Below, in pieces: positions 19,440 to 28,453 of a stretch of 49,921 nucleotides of DNA. The notes under the pieces were generated by a model. It did not search any database. It was not told the origin of the DNA and worked only from the letters and a program-made list of their open reading frames with translations. The stretch is from Candidatus Colwellbacteria bacterium (GTDB taxonomy: Bacteria > Patescibacteriota > Minisyncoccia > UBA6257 > Colwellbacteraceae): assembly GCA_027448785.1 (NCBI GenBank), contig DAIDMW010000004.1:1-49921 (forward strand), given 5' to 3'. The position numbers and the translations under genes are program-made. Each line of letters starts with the position of its first letter. The first letter of the stretch is position 1.

Positions 19440-20458
19440 TCACGATAATTCTGGCAGTGGTCTTCATTATCGTCCTCGTGCTGGGCCATGAATTCGGCCA
19501 TTTTCTGGCCGCCAAGCTTTCGGGAATGAGAGTCGACGAGTTCGGCTTTGGTTTTCCGCCGCGGATCTGGGGGAAAAAGAAGGGAGAAACGCTGTATAGC
19601 GTCAACGCCTTCCCGTTCGGCGGCTTCGTTAAAATCTACGGCGAAGACGAGACCGGAGAGAAGGAGTTGAGCCAGGAAGAGCGGAAGCGCAACTTTCTCT
19701 ACCAGCCCGCCTACAAGAAAGCCATCGTTCTGACCGCCGGAGTTCTGATGAACTTCCTGATCGGTTGGTTGGCTTTGACCGCGGTTTTCATGATCGGCAT
19801 CCCGCAAAGCGTGGTGGTGACGGGGGTGATCAAGGGGAGTCCGGCCGCCGCCGCCGGGATCAAAGCCGGCGACGAAATCCTGGGTTTCAGCAACATAAAC
19901 GAGTTTATTAATTATGTTTCCGACTCCAGCGCCGGCGGCAAGAGTGTGGCCGTCAAGCTCCTGACCAACTCGAAAGAGGAAACTTTGAACATAACTCCCA
20001 AGGGCGGACACCTCGGCGTTTACATCGTGCAAGGCGGAATTCCCAGCGAAGGGTTTTTCCAATCCGTTTGGGACGCGATGAAGTCCGCCGGTAATATCTT
20101 CGGAATGATCTTCTATTCGGTCTATCAAATGATCGCCAGCGCCTTTGCCGGACACTACGGAACTTTGAGCGAGGTTACTGGGCCGGTCGGTATCTACAAC
20201 ATCCTGGCTTTAAGCACCAAGATGGGAGCGGCCTACGTGCTCCAGCTTTTGGCGTTGATCTCCATAAACCTGGCGGCCATCAACATCATTCCTTTTCCGG
20301 CCTTGGACGGGGGGCGTCTGTTTTTTCTGGCTTTCAACGGCCTGTTCCGCGGTAAGCCCAATTACAAAATCGAAGCGGTAGCCAACACTATTGGTTTTGC
20401 TCTGCTCTTCGCCCTGATGATTGCCATAACCGTCAAAGATGTTATAAATGTACATTAA
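19436..20458 (+). CDS. rseP: Site-2 (RIP) metalloprotease with PDZ domain
   Basis: HEFGH, FPFGGFVKI, AGVLMN, PDZ (SPAAAAGIKAGD), NIIPFPALDGG. Confidence 0.92.
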   Translation: MITIILAVVFIIVLVLGHEFGHFLAAKLSGMRVDEFGFGFPPRIWGKKKGETLYSVNAFPFGGFVKIYGEDETGEKELSQEERKRNFLYQPAYKKAIVLTAGVLMNFLIGWLALTAVFMIGIPQSVVVTGVIKGSPAAAAGIKAGDEILGFSNINEFINYVSDSSAGGKSVAVKLLTNSKEETLNITPKGGHLGVYIVQGGIPSEGFFQSVWDAMKSAGNIFGMIFYSVYQMIASAFAGHYGTLSEVTGPVGIYNILALSTKMGAAYVLQLLALISINLAAINIIPFPALDGGRLFFLAFNGLFRGKPNYKIEAVANTIGFALLFALMIAITVKDVINVH

Positions 20459-21679
20459 ATGCGGCAATCCAAGCTTTTCTCCAAAACCCAGCGTTCCGAT
20501 CCGCAAAACGAGGAGTCGGTTAACGCCAAACTCCTGATTCGCGCCGGGTACGTCGACAAGGTCATGGCCGGCGTCTATACCTTTCTGCCATTGGGCAAGC
20601 GGGTGATGGCTAACATCGAAAATATCATCCGCGAGGAGATGATGGCCATCGGCGGCGAGGAAATCTTTATGCCCTCGTTGCAGCCGAAAACCAACTGGGA
20701 AACCACCGGCCGGTACAACGCTTACGATACCCTCTTCAAATTTCAAAGCTTTTACAGCAAGACCGATTACGTGTTGGGACCGACGCACGAGGAGATAGTT
20801 TCGCCGCTCTTGGGGAAGTTCATAACTTCCTACAAAGACCTGCCGGTTGCGGTCTTCCAGATCCAGAATAAGTTCAGGGACGAGAAGAGGTCAAAATCCG
20901 GACTTTTGCGCGGCCGAGAGTTCTTGATGAAAGACTTGTATTCTTTCCACGCCGACGAAAAAGATCTGGAAAAGTTTTACGAAAAAGTGCGGAAAGCTTA
21001 CGTCAAGATTTTCAATCGCGCCGGCATCGGCAAGCTAACCTACTACACCTACGCCTCCGGCGGTACTTTTTCTAAATATTCCCATGAGTTTCAAACGCTC
21101 ACTCCAGCCGGAGAAGACGTTATTTATATTTGCGACAAGTGCCGGATAGCCGTTAACCGCGAGGTCATCGACGACTTGCACGGATCCTGCCCGGAATGCG
21201 GTTCAAAGACCCTGCGTGAAGAGAAGGCGATCGAGGTCGGAAACATCTTTCCGTTGAAAACTAGATTTTCCTCGCCTTTTGGCTTAAAATTCTCTGGCAC
21301 GAACGGTCAGGAAAACGAGGTTCTAATGGGCTGTTACGGCATAGGCCTAAACCGCCTGATGGGAACGATTGTCGAGGTTTCCCACGACGAAAAGGGCGTT
21401 ATCTGGCCGAAGGCGGTAGCTCCCTTTCCGGCGCACCTTGTGGAGCTCGGCAAGGGGAAGGGGCGTCGGCTCTACGAGCAATTGGCGAAAGCCGGCATCG
21501 AGGTCCTTTACGACGACCGCGACGCCACGGCTGGCGAGAAATTCGCCGACGCCGATCTGATCGGCCTCCCGGTGCGGCTGGTCGTCAGTGAAAAAACCAA
21601 AGATAAAGTCGAAGTAAAGAAAAGAGGAGAAAAAAATTCAAAATTAGTCAGCTATGGGTCTGTTAGAAAACTTCTATAA
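20459..21679 (+). CDS. proS: Prolyl-tRNA synthetase, short form lacking most of the editing insertion
   Basis: LGPTHEE, KFRDEKR..GLLRGREFLMKDLYSF, IEVGNIF, MGCYGIG, anticodon-binding domain. Confidence 0.95.
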   Translation: MRQSKLFSKTQRSDPQNEESVNAKLLIRAGYVDKVMAGVYTFLPLGKRVMANIENIIREEMMAIGGEEIFMPSLQPKTNWETTGRYNAYDTLFKFQSFYSKTDYVLGPTHEEIVSPLLGKFITSYKDLPVAVFQIQNKFRDEKRSKSGLLRGREFLMKDLYSFHADEKDLEKFYEKVRKAYVKIFNRAGIGKLTYYTYASGGTFSKYSHEFQTLTPAGEDVIYICDKCRIAVNREVIDDLHGSCPECGSKTLREEKAIEVGNIFPLKTRFSSPFGLKFSGTNGQENEVLMGCYGIGLNRLMGTIVEVSHDEKGVIWPKAVAPFPAHLVELGKGKGRRLYEQLAKAGIEVLYDDRDATAGEKFADADLIGLPVRLVVSEKTKDKVEVKKRGEKNSKLVSYGSVRKLL

Positions 21680-22700
21680 GAATATCGGAATCGACTTGGG
21701 AACGGCCAACACCCTCCTATACCTGCAGGATCGCGGCATAGTAGTTCAGGAGCCGACATTGGTTGCTTTTAATAACCGTACCGGGCAGATCCTGGCCGTA
21801 GGCGAGGAAGCGAAGAAGATGCTGGACCGGACGCCGGCCCACATCACCATCGTTAAACCGCTGATGAACGGGGTCATCTCGGATTTCGAGACCACGCAGG
21901 AGATCATTAAGCACTTCCTGCATGAGATTAAGAACCAGAGCTTCTGGTCCAGATACCGCACCGCGTTGGTGGCGATACCGACCAACCTGACCGAGGTGGA
22001 AAGGAAATCGGTCGAGGACGTGACGGTTGCTGCCGGAGCTGGAAAAGTTTTCCTGGTCGAAGAGCCGATCGCGACCGCCATCGGCGCCAGGCTGCCGGTG
22101 GAGGAGGCGACCACGAACATGATCATTAACATCGGCGGCGGCACCACAGAGATATCTATAATTTCCGTCGGTGGCGCGGTTATTTCCAAGAGCTTGAAGG
22201 TCGCCGGGCAGAAATTGAATGACGACATCGCCAAGTTCATCCGCGACGAGTTTAAGTTGTTGATCGGCGAGCCGACGGCCGAGGAGCTGAAGATCAATAT
22301 AGGCTCGGCGATCGGTATTGAAGAGAAGTTGGAAATGCCGGTGCGGGGCCGCGATATGGCCACCGGCCTTCCGCGGGAAATACTCGTTAAAAACACCCAC
22401 ATTCGCGCGGCTATCCACCGTTCGCTGAAATCAATCGTCGACGAGGCGAAGTCTCTGATCGAGTCGGCTCCGCCGGAGTTGGTCGGCGACATGCTGAAGC
22501 GCGGAATCTACGTCTCGGGAGGCGGCAGCTTGCTGCGCGGACTCGACCGCTTCATTGAAAAAGAAGTGACTGTGAAGACGATGGTGGTCGACGACCCGCT
22601 GACCTCGGTGGCGAGGGGCTTGGGCATCATCCTCGAGGATATGCCGAAGTACAACTCGATCCTTTCCAACCAGCAGAGGCCCAGACAGGTCAACCTGTAG
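21654..22700 (+). CDS. mreB: Rod shape-determining protein MreB
   Basis: IGIDLGTANT, VEEPIATAIGA, NIGGGTTE, GGGSLL; directly upstream of mreC. Confidence 0.93.
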   Translation: MGLLENFYKNIGIDLGTANTLLYLQDRGIVVQEPTLVAFNNRTGQILAVGEEAKKMLDRTPAHITIVKPLMNGVISDFETTQEIIKHFLHEIKNQSFWSRYRTALVAIPTNLTEVERKSVEDVTVAAGAGKVFLVEEPIATAIGARLPVEEATTNMIINIGGGTTEISIISVGGAVISKSLKVAGQKLNDDIAKFIRDEFKLLIGEPTAEELKINIGSAIGIEEKLEMPVRGRDMATGLPREILVKNTHIRAAIHRSLKSIVDEAKSLIESAPPELVGDMLKRGIYVSGGGSLLRGLDRFIEKEVTVKTMVVDDPLTSVARGLGIILEDMPKYNSILSNQQRPRQVNL

Positions 22701-22712
22701 CTTAATCAAGAC

Positions 22713-23396
22713 ATGCCCCACTCCATTCGCAGAAAACGATGGTCGGTGCCGGTATTGATACTGGTGTTGGCGGCCGTCGTTTTCGGCGGATGGTATTTTC
22801 CCGAAAAATTTCGCGTCTCCTCGTTCGTCCAGACCGTCATCGACAAGCTGACTCCCAATTATCAGCTGCGGCAGCAGATTGCCGAACTGCAAAAGGAAAA
22901 CGAAAACCTGCGCGCCCAGATTTTCGACCAGAGTATAACCCAGACCAGCACGGTCAAGGTTTATTCCACTTATCCTTTCAATAACAACCAGTACATCGTT
23001 CTGGCCGCCGGAAGCAATCAAGGGCTGAAAGTCGGAGACGTAGTTACTTACGGCGGCAACTTGTTAGTCGGAAAGCTGACCAGCGTTTCGGCAAATGAGA
23101 GTGTGGCGGAAACGATTTTCAACCCCAACTGGGAAATGGCGGTCAGAATAGGCAGCCAGCAGGTTAACGCACTTTTCCGCGGAGGTATAGAGTTGAAAGT
23201 TACGCTCATCCCTAAGAGCCTGCCGGTGAATAGCGGGGATCTGGCGGTCACTGCCAGCCAAGGTTTCCCGTATGGCTTGGAAGTTGGCAGCGTTCAGTCG
23301 GTCATCGACGACGTCGGTACTCCTTACAAGGAGGCTACGCTGCAGGCGCCGTTCAAATTAGAAGACCTGCGCGATGTTTCTATCATTCATTCTTGA
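22713..23396 (+). CDS. mreC: Rod shape-determining protein MreC
   Basis: TM, coiled coil (LQKENENLR), GSNQGLKVGD, FPYGLEVG; operon context. Confidence 0.88.
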   Translation: MPHSIRRKRWSVPVLILVLAAVVFGGWYFPEKFRVSSFVQTVIDKLTPNYQLRQQIAELQKENENLRAQIFDQSITQTSTVKVYSTYPFNNNQYIVLAAGSNQGLKVGDVVTYGGNLLVGKLTSVSANESVAETIFNPNWEMAVRIGSQQVNALFRGGIELKVTLIPKSLPVNSGDLAVTASQGFPYGLEVGSVQSVIDDVGTPYKEATLQAPFKLEDLRDVSIIHS

Positions 23397-23820
23397 GATA
23401 TTCATAATTGCTCTGGCAAGCTTCGTCCAGCTGACTAACGCGGCTTTTTTTAATGCGGTCAAGCCCGACTTGGCGCTGGCTTTGATATTGGCTCTGGCCG
23501 CCTATGACAAGCGGTGGGAGCGGAGAATCTCCTGGCTGATAGTCGCTGCCTTGATTTTGAAATTTATGCCGCAGTTCGACATCCAAGCTCTTTTTTTCGT
23601 GGTGGCGGCTTTGATCGGGATGCTTATGATCGACTACCTGCCCTGGCGGCATTGGATCGGAGTCGCGGTTGCTGTTATCGCGGGGACGCTGATCGTCAAC
23701 TTCAAGCTTTTCGGGCTGGAATGGGGAGCGACTTTTACGGAGATGTTGTATAACGTCCCGCTCGCGCTTATCCTTACGTATCTGGCAAATTTGGCTTATG
23801 GCAAAAAAGAAATTCATTAG
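23374..23820 (+). CDS. mreD: MreD-like integral membrane protein
   Basis: Highly hydrophobic, KPDLAL motif, sits between mreC and mrdA. Confidence 0.65.
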   Translation: MFLSFILEIFIIALASFVQLTNAAFFNAVKPDLALALILALAAYDKRWERRISWLIVAALILKFMPQFDIQALFFVVAALIGMLMIDYLPWRHWIGVAVAVIAGTLIVNFKLFGLEWGATFTEMLYNVPLALILTYLANLAYGKKEIH

Positions 23821-25591
23821 AAAAATAGCGCTCGACGACATAGTGGCCGACACTATGGCGGGAGACTTGGAGAGCAAGGAACTGCCGGTCAAGCCGTCGA
23901 TCTTCAAAGTGGTCTTCGGGGTCGCTGCGCTTTTGCTCGGCGTGGGGGCGGCCCGCGTCTTCTATCTTTCAGTCGTTCAGCACGGTTTCTTCAGCGGACT
24001 GGCGCTGGCCAACGTCAACGAAGAGATACCGATAATCGCGCCGCGAGGAATAATTACTGATCGCTTCGGCACGCCGTTGGTCACCAACCAGCCGATTTTC
24101 AGCGTCTTTCTGGACGTCAGCGAAATGGTCCGGGACGGCGAGGAGAGCAAAGTTGTGGCCGCCGCCCAAAGCATTCTTAATATGCCGCCCAGCACTTTTT
24201 ATTCGATTCTCGCCAGGACCAACCTGGAAAGCAATAATGCCGTCATTATCGCGACCGACATTACGCGCGAACAGTCGATTGCCATCCAAAGCTTGGACTT
24301 AAACTCCCTGAAAGTTGAGAACGACTATAAGAGAGATTACCTAAGTCCGGCTTTTTCCACTTTCATCGGCTATGTCGGCCGCAGCGTGTCCGATAACGAA
24401 TTAAAGGGCCGGGCCGGGTTGGAGGCGTACTACAACAGTATTCTGCAGGGGACGGACGGGGCGACGGTAATCTACAGGAATGCGCTTGGCAAGCCGCAGG
24501 GCACGGCCACGATCGAGCCGAAAATGGGACAAAACTTGCAGACAACAATTGACGGACCGTTCCAGCAGTACCTGTACCAGGACATGATGATGCACATGCA
24601 ACAGATGGGGAAAACTTCGGGTTTGGCTTTGGCGATCGATCCTCAAAATGGTCAGGTTTTAGCGATGCTCAGCCTGCCCACCTACGACGGGAACAACCTC
24701 GGTCCGGCTTTAACCAACCCAGACCACCCCCTTTTCAACCGCGTGGTTTCCGGCGTTTACAGTCCCGGCTCGACCATCAAGCCTTTGGACGCCACCGCGG
24801 TCCTGAAGGAGGGGATAATCACCACCTCCACCCAGATTTTTTCTCCCGGATATCTTATGTTGCCAAACCCCTACGATCCCTCGCATCCAACCAAGTTCTT
24901 AGACTGGCAGTATCAGGGGTGGGTTAACGTTTTCTCGGCCATCGCAAAATCAAGCGACGTTTTCTTCTATGAAGTCGTCGGCGGTTATCAGAACCAGCCC
25001 GGCTTGGGAATTTACAAGTTAATCGATTACTGGAAGACGTTTGGTTTGGGCAAGCCGACAGGAATCGACTTGCCGGGAGAAGCGAGCGGCAGCCTGCCGA
25101 CCCCGGCCGAGTTCCAGAAGACGCACGGGCACCCGTGGCTAACTGGCGACACTTACAATGTGGCTATCGGTCAAGGAGGGCTTTTAGTCACACCTCTGCA
25201 GCTGGTCGACGCGATCTCCGCCATCGCTGACGGAGGAGTTGTTTATCAGCCGCATTTGAATCTAAACGAAAAGCCGCGACAGATACTCAATCTCACCTCG
25301 CTGGAGCCCGAGTTCCAACTGGTCAGGCAAGGAATGAACGATACGGTCTCGCAGCCCTACGGAACCGCCTATGTTTTGCATACCCTGCCTGTGCAGACCG
25401 CGGGCAAGAGCGGCAGCGCCCAGTACGACTTCAACCAGAAGACGAATGCCCTTTACATCGGATACGCTCCCGCCAAAAATCCTCAGATCGTGATGCTGAT
25501 CCTGGTGGAGAACGCCACCGAGGGAACATTAAACGCCGTTCCTATCTTCAAGGACGTCATCAACTGGTACTACCAGAACAGAATTAAGTAA
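23798..25591 (+). CDS. mrdA: Penicillin-binding protein 2
   Basis: APRGIITDR, PGSTIK (SxxK), SSD, KSG motifs; mreBCD context. Confidence 0.9.
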   Translation: MAKKKFIRKIALDDIVADTMAGDLESKELPVKPSIFKVVFGVAALLLGVGAARVFYLSVVQHGFFSGLALANVNEEIPIIAPRGIITDRFGTPLVTNQPIFSVFLDVSEMVRDGEESKVVAAAQSILNMPPSTFYSILARTNLESNNAVIIATDITREQSIAIQSLDLNSLKVENDYKRDYLSPAFSTFIGYVGRSVSDNELKGRAGLEAYYNSILQGTDGATVIYRNALGKPQGTATIEPKMGQNLQTTIDGPFQQYLYQDMMMHMQQMGKTSGLALAIDPQNGQVLAMLSLPTYDGNNLGPALTNPDHPLFNRVVSGVYSPGSTIKPLDATAVLKEGIITTSTQIFSPGYLMLPNPYDPSHPTKFLDWQYQGWVNVFSAIAKSSDVFFYEVVGGYQNQPGLGIYKLIDYWKTFGLGKPTGIDLPGEASGSLPTPAEFQKTHGHPWLTGDTYNVAIGQGGLLVTPLQLVDAISAIADGGVVYQPHLNLNEKPRQILNLTSLEPEFQLVRQGMNDTVSQPYGTAYVLHTLPVQTAGKSGSAQYDFNQKTNALYIGYAPAKNPQIVMLILVENATEGTLNAVPIFKDVINWYYQNRIK

Positions 25592-25887
25592 GCGCAAAAC
25601 TAAAAGCTAAAAGAGAAAAGCAACGGCCAGCAGTCGGCCAAATTTGAAACTCTAAATCCGAAATCCTAAACAAATCACAAATAACAAATCCCAAATACGA
25701 AACACAAACGGGTTTATAAATTGAAGTTTGGTATTTCGAATTTGTTTCGGATTTAGTATTTCGAATTTAGGATTTGGAAAGCGCAAAATACCGACAATCC
25801 GTTAGTCGTCGGTTCTTTTGCGTTTTGCGCTTTTAGTTTTTCGCTTATTTTTCCGTTCTTTTAAATTTTGCGCTTTTAATTTTGCGC
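25590..25887. repeat. Largest nested 7-bp-periodic palindrome (family copy 6)
   Basis: Outer AAAGCTA-type arm, AACGGCCAGCAGTCGGCC linker, inner AAATCCG/AAATCCT/AAATCAC arm with TTTCGAA/TTTAGGA mirror, then outer TTTGCGC arms; shares 32- and 29-nt identical blocks with the 28,225 copy. Confidence 0.88.
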
Positions 25888-25932
25888 GTCTTAACCTATG
25901 CTTAAGAAGCATATTTTTTTAATTATTGACCT

Positions 25933-26556
25933 ATGACCACTCTTTTGGCCGATATTTCTAGTGTTTTCTCTGGGGCGGTTTCTTCTTACGGCTACTTCGG
26001 CATAATCGCGCTGATGTTTTTAGAGACGGCCAACATTCCCATCCCTTCGGAAGTAATCATGCCCTTTGCCGGTTTTCTCTCGGCTCGCGGAGAACTTTCT
26101 ATTTGGCTGGTCGTTCTCTCCGGCGTCGCAGGCAATTTGATCGGAGCCGTTTTTTCCTATTCGATAGCCAAGCGAGTGAACGAGAATATTAAACATGAAC
26201 ACAGTTTCCGGATTGCCGAGCGGTGGTTCAAGCATTATGGAGAGCCGTCGATCTTCTTCGGGCAGCTGGTGCCGCTGGTTCGCACCTTCATCGCGTTTCC
26301 CGCCGGGATGTTCAAGATGAACAAAACCAGATTCGTCGCCTATGTTTTTTCCGGATCGCTGATTTGGTCCGCGGGCTTGTCTTATATCGGCTGGCTTCTG
26401 GGCGATCGCTGGAACGTCTTGGGACCGATCTTCAGCAGGATAGACGTCCTGGTGCTACTTCTCGCCGCTTTGGCCTCGCTTTTCGTCGTGTGGTATCATA
26501 AAAAGAATCATAAGAATAATGAAAACGATCATCGCCAACTGGAAGAGCAACCCTAA
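25933..26556 (+). CDS. dedA: DedA family membrane protein
   Basis: LETANIPIPSEVIMPFAG, FFGQLVPLVRTFIAFPAG. Confidence 0.9.
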   Translation: MTTLLADISSVFSGAVSSYGYFGIIALMFLETANIPIPSEVIMPFAGFLSARGELSIWLVVLSGVAGNLIGAVFSYSIAKRVNENIKHEHSFRIAERWFKHYGEPSIFFGQLVPLVRTFIAFPAGMFKMNKTRFVAYVFSGSLIWSAGLSYIGWLLGDRWNVLGPIFSRIDVLVLLLAALASLFVVWYHKKNHKNNENDHRQLEEQP

Positions 26557-27259
26557 CTCGTTCAAGGCTGCCTCGATCCTGGCTAAATCATCCGAAAAAG
26601 CGGCGTTAAGATATCCGCAGGCCGAAGTGGTAATCGCTCCTCCTTTCTTATATCTCGCCGAAGTTAAAAAAGAGCTCAAGCGCGCCAAGCTCGGAGCGCA
26701 GGACTCCTTTTGGAACGAGGGGGGAGCCTACACTGGAGAGGTTAATCTTTCCCAGCTTAAAGCTTCCGGAGTTTCTTTCGTCATTATCGGCCACTCGGAA
26801 CGCCGCCGCTACCTGGGAGAAAGCGACGAGGTTATAAACCGCAAAGTATCCGCTTCGCTGCGCTACGGGCTTAAAGTAATCCTCTGCGTTGGAAACCGGG
26901 AAAGATCGGAGGATCCAATGCGCATTATCAGCAGCCAGTTGGCCCAGGATTTAAAGGGGCTGGCGCCCGGAGACAAGGTTGAAAATTTAACCATAGCTTA
27001 CGAGCCGGTCTGGGCGATTGGCACTGGCGATGCGGAGAGTCCCGACGGAGCTGCCGATGTTGCCGCGCGCATAAAGGAACAGTTGACCCGCTACTGGAAG
27101 ATCGAATCGCCTCGCGTCCTTTACGGAGGCTCGGTGGACAGTAAGAATATCGAAAAGTTTTTGGAAAAGGAGGAAATCGACGGCGTGCTGGTCGGCGGCG
27201 CCAGCCTTAAAGCCGCGGAGTTCGGAAGGATGATAAAGGAGACAAATTCTAAATCATAA
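26519..27259 (+). CDS. tpiA: Triosephosphate isomerase
   Basis: IANWK, IIGHSERR, AYEPVWAIGTG, LYGGSV, LVGGASL. Confidence 0.97.
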   Translation: MKTIIANWKSNPNSFKAASILAKSSEKAALRYPQAEVVIAPPFLYLAEVKKELKRAKLGAQDSFWNEGGAYTGEVNLSQLKASGVSFVIIGHSERRRYLGESDEVINRKVSASLRYGLKVILCVGNRERSEDPMRIISSQLAQDLKGLAPGDKVENLTIAYEPVWAIGTGDAESPDGAADVAARIKEQLTRYWKIESPRVLYGGSVDSKNIEKFLEKEEIDGVLVGGASLKAAEFGRMIKETNSKS

Positions 27260-27302
27260 ATCCGAAGTTCAAAGCGCAAAGCGAAAAGCGCAAAAGTTAA
27301 AA
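27244..27302. repeat. Left-arm-only heptamer repeat (family copy 7), overlapping the tpiA stop
   Basis: AAATTCT-AAATCAT-AAATCCG-AAGTTC-AAAGCGC-AAAGCGA-AAAGCGC-AAAAGTT. Confidence 0.7.
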
Positions 27303-27318
27303 CAACGGAGTTGCGCAG

Positions 27319-27987
27319 ATGGAAAAAATCTCTCTGACAACAAAAGACAACAAAAGCATATCGGGCAATTTCTTCCCCGCCGAAAACGCCAGGGGGTGGG
27401 TTATTTATCTGCACATGATGCCGTCCACGAAAGAATCTTGGAATAAGCTGGCTGAACGCCTGGCGAGCGACGGCTATGCCGGATTAGCGATAGATCTGAG
27501 AGGACACGGCGAATCCGAGGGTGGTCCGGAAGGGTACAAGTATTTTTCCGACGCCGAACACCAGGCGAGCATTAACGACGTCGAAGCCGCCTGCGATTTT
27601 CTTGTAAAGAGCGGAGCTCAAATCGGCAGAATCCATCTGATCGGCGCTTCGATCGGAGCCAACCTGGCTATCGAATTTCTCGCTAAACACGAGGAAATTC
27701 CTTCGGCGGTCCTTCTTTCCGCGGGCACGAACTATCGTGGAATTTCGGCACTCCGCGCCGCCGAAAAACTGAAGTCCGGGCAAAAAGTTTTATTTCTTAC
27801 CAGCCGCGACGATCTTGGCGCCGACGGATCAAATCCTAAGCAAAACGAGATGGTAATCAGCTTTCTTCCTGGGGGCGTAAAATCGGAGAAAGTGGTCTAC
27901 AACGCTGCCGGACACGGGACGAACATATTCCAAACCAAAGAAGATCCCGACCCCGAAGAGTTGATTGTTTCCTTTATCGAACGTTGA
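27319..27987 (+). CDS. Alpha/beta-fold hydrolase
   Basis: IDLRGHGES, nucleophile elbow GASIG, C-terminal AGHGT. Confidence 0.9.
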   Translation: MEKISLTTKDNKSISGNFFPAENARGWVIYLHMMPSTKESWNKLAERLASDGYAGLAIDLRGHGESEGGPEGYKYFSDAEHQASINDVEAACDFLVKSGAQIGRIHLIGASIGANLAIEFLAKHEEIPSAVLLSAGTNYRGISALRAAEKLKSGQKVLFLTSRDDLGADGSNPKQNEMVISFLPGGVKSEKVVYNAAGHGTNIFQTKEDPDPEELIVSFIER

Positions 27988-28011
27988 CAAAGAGACTGAA
28001 AATCATATAAT
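27984..28011 (+). promoter_or_regulatory. Perfect-consensus sigma70 promoter
   Basis: TTGACA (27984-27989)-N16-TATAAT (28006-28011). Confidence 0.75.
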
Positions 28012-28017
28012 TATTTT

Positions 28018-28111
28018 TGAGTGAGTGTTTGCAGTCCTGAACGACGATATCGATTTAGGAGTGCCGCTTCCAAGTTATGCCCCCGCTTTCAAGCGGGGGC
28101 ACTTTTATTTT
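28018..28111 (+). ncRNA. Candidate structured small RNA or leader of unknown family
   Basis: Lies between the consensus promoter and a GC-rich terminator; irregular hairpin GCA-G-TCCTGAA...TTTAGGA-G-TGC; no credible ORF. Confidence 0.45.
28078..28111 (+). terminator. Intrinsic terminator
   Basis: TGCCCCCGCTT-TC-AAGCGGGGGCA followed by CTTTTATTTT. Confidence 0.75.
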
Positions 28112-28188
28112 CATCCTGAGCCGCGTCGAAGGATGAAAACATCCTGAGCCGCGTCGAAGGATGAAAACATCCTGAGCCGCGTCGAAGG
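28108..28188. repeat. Tandem 28-bp REP-like repeat, about 2.75 copies
   Basis: CATCCTGAGCCGCGTCGAAGGATGAAAA at 28112 and 28140, partial at 28168; each unit can pair CATCCT/AGGATG. Confidence 0.85.
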
Positions 28189-28224
28189 GTTGCCGTAGCA
28201 CCGCTTGCAGTGCGGGAGTTCATT

Positions 28225-28430
28225 AGCGCAAAACTAAAAACTAAAAGCGAAAAACAACTGTCAGTAGTTAGGCAAATTCGAAGCTCTAAATCCGAAATCC
28301 TAAACAAATCACAAACTCTAAATGTCAAATACGAAACATAGACTGGTTTGTAATTTGAAGTTTGGTATTTCGAATTTGTTTCGAATTTAAGATTTTCGTT
28401 ATTTTGCATTTTACGTTTTTCATTTTGCAC
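28225..28430. repeat. Nested 7-bp-periodic palindrome (family copy 8)
   Basis: Collinear with the 25,590 copy: 28284-28315 = 25650-25681 and 28355-28383 = 25721-25749. Confidence 0.88.
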
Positions 28431-28453
28431 TTCTCTGGTGCTATAATTTCCCT

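Noticed and set aside
17965-20155. Long minus-strand ORFs (290 and 412 aa)
   Set aside because: Antisense to holB, frr and rseP; typical shadows of GC-rich codon usage with no motifs.
28108-28188. Possible CRISPR array
   Set aside because: Repeats are head-to-tail with no unique spacers, and there are no cas genes in the window.
28089-28430. 113-aa minus-strand ORF
   Set aside because: Made entirely of translated heptamer and REP repeats.
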